Below, piece by piece: positions 17,668 through 24,208 of a stretch of 24,208 bases of DNA. The notes under the pieces were generated by a model. The model had not been told where the DNA came from, searched no databases, and worked only from the letters and a program-made list of their open reading frames with translations. Source of the stretch: a virus (taxonomy: Duplodnaviria > Caudoviricetes); the IMG/VR virus record IMGVR_UViG_3300024245_000007, positions 1 through 24,208 of that record. One strand, 5' to 3'. Both the position numbers and the translations under genes were made by a program. Each line of letters opens with the position of its first letter. The stretch's first letter is position 1.

Positions 17668-18600
17668 CTATCGGGCTGCTCCGCCCATCAACTGACCAGC
17701 TTTCAGATACAGTCCCTCCATAAGCTTAACGGCTTCGGGGTGTCCCGGTTCCGTCTTGTTCATGTAGGTTTTTTGAAAGGCTTGATCCATGGTCTTCTGC
17801 ATGATCGTGGCTTTGGCCTGTTCCGGTGTCATGTTTGCCGGGTCTGTTACGCCACCGCCGCTAGGTCCGCCGTCCATGAACTTACCCTCTCCTGATAGCT
17901 TACCAATCGTTGCCAGTAGTTTGATCACTGGCGCTATGCCGATGTGTTGCTCAACCACTGCCATGTCGGCATCGCTGAACCCGGCTCTGTCTAAAGCCGC
18001 CATGATCTGGCGACCTTTGTTCAGGTTGGCGTCGAAGTCGCCTTTCCATGACGTTTTCAACTCGTTGACGGCTGCTTGGCCTTGCTCAGCCTGCGACTGT
18101 GCGGCCTTCTCATTGGCCTTCTGCACAAACGCATTCCATTCCGTGACCATAACGCCTTCGACGGCTTTGGGCGACAGACCCAGCTTGAACGCAAGGTTCT
18201 GTCCAAACTCCACCATCTGTGGGTCAGCCTTGTCGCCCCACTTGACATCCTTATAACCCGTTGGGTCTTTGGGTCTGCCCAGCTTCTCATAGACCGCATT
18301 CCAATCCTCTGGCTTCGCATTCTCGTCTGGAATGCGAACCATCTTACTGTCGTCGCGTGATGCATTAACCCGCTCTAGTTCCGCATATGACGTTGCCACG
18401 ACTGACGGGTTCGCATACTTCTTTGAACGGAATAATTCCTTTGCCGCGCCATCTGGTAAAGCCGTCTCGTACCACGGCTTGTCGCCGACAGTCCAAATCT
18501 GGCCTTCAGGCAAACCAGACCAAGGCGCAGTTGGCCCCGCATCAGTTCCACCAGCCCCACCGGTTCCCCCACCGTTGCTTGGTACACCACCACTACTCAT
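17668..18600 (-). CDS. Capsid assembly scaffolding protein
   Basis: 310 aa. SY.ELE, IP.E....E.W...Y.KLGRP..P..Y, L...W..DFD.N and D..F...Y......H...V motifs; lies between portal and capsid. Confidence 0.85.
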   Translation of the reverse strand: MSSGGVPSNGGGTGGAGGTDAGPTAPWSGLPEGQIWTVGDKPWYETALPDGAAKELFRSKKYANPSVVATSYAELERVNASRDDSKMVRIPDENAKPEDWNAVYEKLGRPKDPTGYKDVKWGDKADPQMVEFGQNLAFKLGLSPKAVEGVMVTEWNAFVQKANEKAAQSQAEQGQAAVNELKTSWKGDFDANLNKGRQIMAALDRAGFSDADMAVVEQHIGIAPVIKLLATIGKLSGEGKFMDGGPSGGGVTDPANMTPEQAKATIMQKTMDQAFQKTYMNKTEPGHPEAVKLMEGLYLKAGQLMGGAAR

Positions 18601-18950
18601 GTCTTACCCTCACTTAGCAGTTCCCATAGCTCGTCAAACTGCATAGTCGTGTGTTGAACTATACGCATATGTACCTCGTTACGCCCAGTGAGTAACGCGT
18701 GAACCCTTGCATCCTCGTTCCATGGGGTCGTCCCGCCCCTACAAAACTTTCGTAGATCAGCCAAAACAAAAGCAGCATCGCCAGCAATAGGCCGGTCAGA
18801 AAATAGGCGTATGTAGGCACCTTGCCTCGCTCTGAGTGCAGCTTGCGTCCTTGCTGTCTCGTCTTCCACCTTCTCGCGCGTAACGCTATGCGCTGTGGCC
18901 ACGTCAAAGGGGTCAAGGGGGTCTGCCAGTTCAAGACTATCTTCAGCCAC
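18597..18950 (-). CDS. Small head-associated protein (Bbp19-like)
   Basis: 117 aa. Y..LF...G..VLADL..FC...GR.EV..RI pattern of the small ORF found between portal and scaffold; overlaps both neighbours. Confidence 0.7.
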   Translation of the reverse strand: MAEDSLELADPLDPFDVATAHSVTREKVEDETARTQAALRARQGAYIRLFSDRPIAGDAAFVLADLRKFCRGGTTPWNEDARVHALLTGRNEVHMRIVQHTTMQFDELWELLSEGKT

Positions 18951-20679
18951 CAGCTAACCCCGGCTGTGCTTTGATCCCTGCCGCCGCCACCGTCGCCCCG
19001 GCTGGCGCAACGTCCACGGCTTGCTGTTGCTGCTTGGCCTGTTCGCGTTGATCCCTCACTGCCTGTAGCTCTTCCGGCGTGTGCATCCAACGCGTTGGTA
19101 CGCTGCGATGCTCGGCCAACTCCGGTATTGCCACGTCAAAATTATAGTGGTCCAAGGCTGATGGATCACCGGTCGCCGAAGCAACTTCGATGCTTGACTG
19201 TACCATGTACAGGAACCCAGCATCTTCTTCAGCATGGAGGCCCTTGGCCAGCGGCGACGTGTAGATGATCTCATACTCGCCCTTCGCCTCGATCAGTTCC
19301 GGGGGCATGGGGGGCAGCATGTGAGGGGCGTTCTCGTTGATCAGGACGAGCGCACGCTCGACTTCCGGCCCCAGTAGGCCCGACTGTAGCCGCCCCATGG
19401 TTGGAGCCGCCAGAGCCGCCTTCTCGGCCACGCGTTCGATGACTTCGGTAGCCGTCATTTCGGGCGTGTCCATGAGAATTTGGAAAAGCGTCACCAAGAA
19501 CGCGTCGTTGATATCGCCACGCTCGTCAGCCAGTATCTCTTTGGCCGGATTAAGATCGCCTGTCTCCAACGCGTGGACAAGAGGCGCTCCTTGCGCGTTG
19601 ACTGCGCCATAGTTTACGAACCCCGGCGTTAGACCCAGCCGTCCACTCAATACCCCGTCGTCCGATGCAAGAAGTGTCGGGTCAGCCTTCTTCTGGCTGA
19701 GCCGTAGCATACTTTTCTTCATTGCATTCACTGATCCCATGGCAGGCGAACACTGTTGCGCTGGCGAGAAACCAAATAAACCGCCCGGCTCTGTCGCCGT
19801 CCTAGGTACGAGATAAGGAAAGCACGCAAACCCGTCTTCCGGCCCCACATACTCAGCGTCTTCCACACTGATAAAACAGCCGACGAATGGGTGACGATCG
19901 GTAGTGATGCTCTCCGGGTCGTACCGTCCGAGATTGCGCGGAAACACGGCATGTACAATTTCAAAGAAGCGTGTATTGCTCGGGACTGCCTTCGCAAGTT
20001 CAGCCTTGATTGCTTTCGGGAGGTCTTCGTGTCTGAACTCTTTTTGTAGTTGCGTGGCCGTGCGCCAAAGCCTGACGAACATCGTGTCAATTATGCCATC
20101 CCCGTCTGCAAGTGGGAACATATCGCGCAGCGGCATAGCCTTGTAAGCCAATCCACCACGCATGTCGTACGACTTCTTGGTACGCCATTTCATCCTTACG
20201 GGCGCAGTGCCATAACAACCAAGTCCGAGATACGTTTCATCCACAGACTGGGAGAACATGGCTCGCGGATCATAGCGTAGTTTAAATAACGTATCAGTAA
20301 GGGCGTCGAAATAGGCTCTGACGTTATATTGCTCACGGAGGTAGGGGTCTGAGGCTGTGAGCCGTTCCCATTTGTGTCCATCCGGCGTAGCCAGCCTACG
20401 GAGAATGGCTGACCATTTGGGGAGCGCCCTTGCGGCCGTTGCATCATAGGCATAACGCTTTACATCCCTTGAACTAGGGTTAGTGATTGCTTCACTTGTC
20501 TGCCAACCAGTGTAGTGTCTAGGCAGGCAGAACGCCGCATTCATCTTCCAATCTTGTTCGTACGGCGAGCGTAGGTCTTTCGCCTCGCTGTATTGTGATA
20601 AAACATCCTTCGGATTTGGCCGGTCGCTACTGCCTAGCCGCGATATCGAGACTATATTTGCGCCCTCATAAGCCATCAT
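18943..20679 (-). CDS. Portal (head-tail connector) protein
   Basis: 578 aa. DATA..A, YL.L..YGTA, FPY.VPR.....G.SPA, MTATEV.ER..EK...L.P..GRLQ and I.YTSPLA motifs of the T7 gp8-like family. Confidence 0.95.
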   Translation of the reverse strand: MMAYEGANIVSISRLGSSDRPNPKDVLSQYSEAKDLRSPYEQDWKMNAAFCLPRHYTGWQTSEAITNPSSRDVKRYAYDATAARALPKWSAILRRLATPDGHKWERLTASDPYLREQYNVRAYFDALTDTLFKLRYDPRAMFSQSVDETYLGLGCYGTAPVRMKWRTKKSYDMRGGLAYKAMPLRDMFPLADGDGIIDTMFVRLWRTATQLQKEFRHEDLPKAIKAELAKAVPSNTRFFEIVHAVFPRNLGRYDPESITTDRHPFVGCFISVEDAEYVGPEDGFACFPYLVPRTATEPGGLFGFSPAQQCSPAMGSVNAMKKSMLRLSQKKADPTLLASDDGVLSGRLGLTPGFVNYGAVNAQGAPLVHALETGDLNPAKEILADERGDINDAFLVTLFQILMDTPEMTATEVIERVAEKAALAAPTMGRLQSGLLGPEVERALVLINENAPHMLPPMPPELIEAKGEYEIIYTSPLAKGLHAEEDAGFLYMVQSSIEVASATGDPSALDHYNFDVAIPELAEHRSVPTRWMHTPEELQAVRDQREQAKQQQQAVDVAPAGATVAAAGIKAQPGLAGG

Positions 20680-20912
20680 ACACCCCCGCCCGCAGAAGAG
20701 AACAACCCCGCCGTATACGACTTGGTGGGGTTAGGCGCTCCACCACCCATGACGGCTGACGCGTATGACTTCCCTGTCTGCCCACGTGTTTTCTTGTACT
20801 GGGCGAACGACACCGCATCGAGGACAGGGTTGCCTTGTCGCGTTGGCGGCGGTGGGGCAGGCGTGGGCGGGGGAGCCTTCTTGGAAGAACCCCCGCCGAA
20901 AAGGAAGCCCAT
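20676..20912 (-). CDS. Small Pro-rich virion protein (T7 gp7.3-like position)
   Basis: 78 aa MGFLFGGGSSKKAPPPTPAPPPP; AAGGA RBS; ATGA overlap with the portal start. Confidence 0.75.
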   Translation of the reverse strand: MGFLFGGGSSKKAPPPTPAPPPPTRQGNPVLDAVSFAQYKKTRGQTGKSYASAVMGGGAPNPTKSYTAGLFSSAGGGV

Positions 20913-20922
20913 TGGCTGATCC

Positions 20923-20951
20923 TTGTGACAAACGCGTTACCGGAATACGCT
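20923..20951 (+). promoter_or_regulatory. Putative sigma70-type promoter for the terminase operon
   Basis: TTGTGA-N17-TACGCT; AACGCGTT (20931-20938) lies in the spacer. Confidence 0.5.
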
Positions 20952-20957
20952 GGGGGC

Positions 20958-20986
20958 TACATACACCCAACGCGTTGGACACACAA
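20958..20986 (-). promoter_or_regulatory. Putative sigma70-type promoter for the portal/structural operon
   Basis: Minus strand TTGTGT-N17-TATGTA; CCAACGCGTTGG (20967-20978) lies in the spacer. Confidence 0.45.
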
Positions 20987-22509
20987 TGGATCAATCTTCG
21001 ACCGACAAGCAACTTGCTGAGTTCGCCGCGAAGTACCGCGATGACCCATATGGGTTTGTGATGATAGCCTACCCGTGGGGTGAACCAATCCTGCCTGACG
21101 GCACATATAACCCACTGGGTAAACGACAGGGACCAGAGCCATGGCAAAAGCGTTTGTTATTGAAAATCGGGAAACACGTAAAGGAGAACGACTTACGGAT
21201 TGGTCTAGGTTTGGAACCGCTGGTGTGGCGAAGCGCCAGGAGTTCTGGTCACGGAGTTGGAAAGAGCGCATTGGTCGCGTGGATAATCCAGTGGGTGATG
21301 GCGACACGAGCTATGGCAAGAGGCGTCATTACCGCAAACACGCAAAAACAGCTAGAAGATAAGACATGGCCGGAACTGGCCAAGTGGCATAAGTTGTTCC
21401 TCTTTAAGCGGTGGTTCAACTGGCAAGCCACGTCGTATAGCTCGGCACTTGTGCCGGAACAAGAGCGCAAAAACTACATGATGACGGCAATGACCGTGGG
21501 AGAAGACAATGTTGAAGCCTTTCAAGGGCTACACAACGCAGAGAGCACCGTCCTCATGGTATTTGATGAAGCATCAGGCATTCACCCCAAAATATGGGAA
21601 GCCGCCGTTGGAGCCACCACAGATGGAGAAGTGTTCTTTCTGGCATTTGGCAACCCAACACAACCAACTGGCGAATTTGCTGATTGCTTTGATAAGCACA
21701 GTGGTATGTATGATCTTGAATTTGTGGATAGTCGTGATGTATCTCATACCAATAAGTCGGCACTGAACGACATCATAACGATGTATGGAGCGGACAGCGA
21801 TGAAGCCAGAGTTCGCGTCTATGGACAATTTCCGCACCAAGCATTCAACGAGTTTATTGGTAAGGATTTGGCAAGGGATGCTCAGACAAGAGAGCTACAT
21901 ATCGATCCCGCCGCAGCCCTCATTATGGCTGTGGATGTGGCGAGATATGGAGGCGACGAGATTGTTATCGCATACCGGCAAGGACGAGACGCAAGGACGA
22001 GGAAGAGGTTAATTTTTAAGGGACTATCGACAGTCCAACTAACCAAGGTCATCGTACGGGAATACCAGCAACACCACCCTGACGCAGTTGTGGTTGAAGC
22101 GCCCGGTGGGGGCGATGGGGTCATAGACCAGCTACGGGAGAATTTCCACATCAAGGTCTTCGAGTTCTGGCCCGGTGCAATGTCGTCGAAGCCTGAGATG
22201 TATTACAGGAAGCGGGACGAGATATGGCATCTTGGGAAAGAGTGGTTGGTGGACAATGGCTGTATAGACGATGATGACGAGTTCTTTCAGCAACTGACCG
22301 GCCTTCAGTATAGCTACGACCGGTTTGAACAGAAGCTGAAGATGGAGAGCAAGGAGCTATACAAGTCGCGGACAGGCGAGCATTCGCCAGATAGGGCCGA
22401 CGCGTTCATGCTGACGTTCGCAATCAACGTGGTGAGACGTGATATCGGGCTGGGATGGCGGGCGCAGAGAAACCAAGCACAGGTGGAGTATGACGAGTTC
22501 ACATTCTGA
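20986..22509 (+). CDS. terL: Terminase large subunit
   Basis: 507 aa. Walker A SGHGVGKS, Walker B VFDEASG, GNPT coupling motif, nuclease motifs AVDVARYGGD and SPDRADA. Confidence 0.96.
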   Translation: MDQSSTDKQLAEFAAKYRDDPYGFVMIAYPWGEPILPDGTYNPLGKRQGPEPWQKRLLLKIGKHVKENDLRIGLGLEPLVWRSARSSGHGVGKSALVAWIIQWVMATRAMARGVITANTQKQLEDKTWPELAKWHKLFLFKRWFNWQATSYSSALVPEQERKNYMMTAMTVGEDNVEAFQGLHNAESTVLMVFDEASGIHPKIWEAAVGATTDGEVFFLAFGNPTQPTGEFADCFDKHSGMYDLEFVDSRDVSHTNKSALNDIITMYGADSDEARVRVYGQFPHQAFNEFIGKDLARDAQTRELHIDPAAALIMAVDVARYGGDEIVIAYRQGRDARTRKRLIFKGLSTVQLTKVIVREYQQHHPDAVVVEAPGGGDGVIDQLRENFHIKVFEFWPGAMSSKPEMYYRKRDEIWHLGKEWLVDNGCIDDDDEFFQQLTGLQYSYDRFEQKLKMESKELYKSRTGEHSPDRADAFMLTFAINVVRRDIGLGWRAQRNQAQVEYDEFTF

Positions 22510-22693
22510 CCAAGAGATTATATCTGGTCTTCACCTACTGAAGATCCTGATCATGATCAACATAGACCAACCAGAGAGTTGGCGGGCTTTAGTCACTGAT
22601 ACAATCAAACGCCTAGAGGAGTTGAGCGATGACGGTTCCGTACGACATAATGGCCGACGTGTTAGGCGCACTGGACAAGATCAGTCGGGGTAA
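22490..22693 (+). CDS. Small hypothetical protein
   Basis: ATG at 22490 after AGGTGGAG gives 67 aa (MTSSHSDQEIISGLHLLK...TIKRLEELS...). It fills the terL-terS gap and overlaps both genes. Confidence 0.4.
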   Translation: MTSSHSDQEIISGLHLLKILIMINIDQPESWRALVTDTIKRLEELSDDGSVRHNGRRVRRTGQDQSG

Positions 22694-23141
22694 AGTCCCG
22701 ACAGTAGCCTGCGACGAACAGGGACTGGCGTACAGCACGTTTGTCACATACACGAAGAAGTACCCGCAACTGAGTATGCTAAGGCAGGAAGCCGAAGATC
22801 GGCTTTACGACCTGATGGCAGAAGCCCTACCCAACATATTCAACCACCACATCTACGGTGTTGAAGACCCGAAAGAAGCGAGTGTGGTCAGCAGCAACAT
22901 CAAATGGCTTTTAGAGAGGAGAAGGCAGAAGGCGTATGGCGCACACTCGACAGTCGAACACCATCTGACGGCTGACAGGGAGGTATTGGACGCGTTACAA
23001 AAAGCGAAAGCTAGGGCGCAGGGTTCTGTCATTGACGTTGTGGTCAATGACATTCCTGCTCTTGACCACCCTAATGTCATTGACATTGACGTAATAACCT
23101 CTGGTACGGAAATTGAAGAGGACATCCGCGACCTGTATTAA
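22629..23141 (+). CDS. terS: Terminase small subunit
   Basis: 170 aa. N-terminal HTH (ISRG......C...GL.YSTF), helical core and IKWLLERR..KAYG motif of Sf6 gp1-like TerS; GAGGAG RBS. Confidence 0.8.
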   Translation: MTVPYDIMADVLGALDKISRGKVPTVACDEQGLAYSTFVTYTKKYPQLSMLRQEAEDRLYDLMAEALPNIFNHHIYGVEDPKEASVVSSNIKWLLERRRQKAYGAHSTVEHHLTADREVLDALQKAKARAQGSVIDVVVNDIPALDHPNVIDIDVITSGTEIEEDIRDLY

Positions 23142-23155
23142 CTGACATTCCTGTC

Positions 23156-23184
23156 AAAAAGAAAAGAGCCGCGTTTAGCGGCTC
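23156..23184 (-). terminator. Intrinsic terminator for a leftward transcript converging on terS
   Basis: 7-bp stem gagccgc/gcggctc (23166-23184) followed on the minus strand by UUUUCUUUUU. Confidence 0.75.
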
Positions 23185-23300
23185 AGTTGGTTCAGGCAGA
23201 CAACACATTCCATCCTTTGGCGGTAGTTGAACTGGGTTCCCTAGTCGGGAGGAGCCGCCCGCCACGGTCTGAGGGATTATCCCTCCAACACGTTTATAGC

Positions 23301-23633
23301 TTATCGGTGGCGTTCGCACCACAGCATTCCGACTTCCTGCCGTTCGCAGCACTTGGCGCAGCGATGGCGTCGAACCTCCATGGGTGAGGACGGGCGCGGC
23401 GGGGCAGGGAACGCGGCCAAGAGGTTTCTCGCTTCTGCGGCTAGTCGGGCTTCTCTCCTAGCCTCGCGCCGTCTACGCGCCCTCCTGACGGCTTCCGGCT
23501 CCGCTGGCAGTCCAACAGCCAATCTACGATCCTTGTACCGGCGCTTCTCGGCGGCTCGCATGGCGACGTGCTTGGGGCAGCGCCAGTTGACCACCCCGGC
23601 TCGTTTGTTGGCCTTGCAGGCTGAACAGGTCAT
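23301..23633 (-). CDS. Basic protein with two Cx2C...Cx2H putative zinc fingers
   Basis: 110 aa. CSAC-x12-CPKH and CAKC-x10-CERH flank an Arg-rich helix. A downstream minus-strand terminator supports transcription; the RBS is weak. Confidence 0.6.
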   Translation of the reverse strand: MTCSACKANKRAGVVNWRCPKHVAMRAAEKRRYKDRRLAVGLPAEPEAVRRARRRREARREARLAAEARNLLAAFPAPPRPSSPMEVRRHRCAKCCERQEVGMLWCERHR

Positions 23634-23803
23634 CAGGACGGATTACCATAAAGTGGGTGGGGGGCCAAAATACTTTTTGGGAGATTTTCGCGGAATTTTT
23701 GGGGGGATCGCGGATTGAGATAGGACCGCGAAGAGCGCAACCTGGGGTTGTAGGAATCGCCTCCCATGGGGGTCGATTTTCCAAAATTGCCTGTCAATGC
23801 TTG

Positions 23804-23866
23804 ACTGTTGCATATATGTCACACATCTATACTGTACTGTTGCATATATGTACTTTACTATACTGT
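23804..23866. repeat. Imperfect tandem repeat (32 + 31 bp)
   Basis: actgttgcatatatgt-N7-ctatactgt followed by actgttgcatatatgt-N6-ctatactgt. Confidence 0.85.
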
Positions 23867-24045
23867 CAGCCTATACACTAAGCTTGTCAATAGGTCATAG
23901 TGTCGCACACGCGTATGGTGTACAACTTATACACGTGAGAACGTTGTTCCTAATAACACTGTGTCAAGGGTATATGATTGCTATTATATACGCTCTCGTA
24001 GTGACACCGACATATATTCCTATACACGTTTGGCGATACACTGCT

Positions 24046-24109
24046 AACGCGTTGCGTACGTGTACGGCGCTAACGCGTTGCGTCCATACACGCTATCAAC
24101 GCGTTGCGT
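24046..24109. repeat. Three direct repeats AACGCGTTGCGT at exact 26-bp spacing
   Basis: Copies begin at 24046, 24072 and 24098. Confidence 0.9.
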
Positions 24110-24208
24110 ACACAAGTCATCATACGTCTTACGTATTATGTAAAGTGATCATATGATCATACGTCAAATGATATGATGACTTATCATCATATGTCATATG
24201 CGTTTCGC

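Noticed and set aside
203-20919. Many plus-strand ORFs (e.g. 15904..16581, 17182..17895, 5707..6216)
   Set aside because: They are antisense shadows of well-supported minus-strand genes, with no recognisable motifs.
24046-24109. Mini-CRISPR array
   Set aside because: 12-bp repeats and 14-bp spacers are far too short, and there are no cas genes.
23797-24156. 119-aa ORF in the AT-rich end
   Set aside because: Its composition (Y/T/H/C/V-rich) reflects the DNA repeats; no RBS or motif.
1-24208. Alternative genetic code, introns or inteins
   Set aside because: All core genes are open at expected lengths in the standard code; TerL, portal and capsid show no insertions.

Overview
The window is the virion-morphogenesis region of a tailed dsDNA phage with a podovirus-type (T7/epsilon15/BPP-1-like) gene layout. 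Reading the minus strand from right to left: small Pro-rich protein, portal, small head protein, scaffold, an unknown repeat protein, major capsid, probable cement protein, tail tubular A and B, GNAT-fold (gp13-like) protein, four internal/ejection proteins, a collagen-containing fibre, and a second fibre truncated at the left edge. The terminase genes are on the opposite strand in large-then-small order. They are followed by a convergent two-zinc-finger ORF and a repeat-rich, AT-rich non-coding end. Main observations: (1) the palindrome AACGCGTT lies inside the spacer of three sigma70-like promoters and forms a 26-bp-phased triplet in the non-coding end, suggesting a late-gene/packaging regulon; (2) one F5/8-type-C (discoidin) domain is nested inside another within the tail nozzle protein; (3) an ejection protein carries tandem M15-like peptidase and Rpf/lysozyme-like domains; (4) the capsid leader is densely structured and contains an anti-SD sequence. 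All product calls come from motif recognition and synteny by eye; no searches were run and the host cannot be determined.
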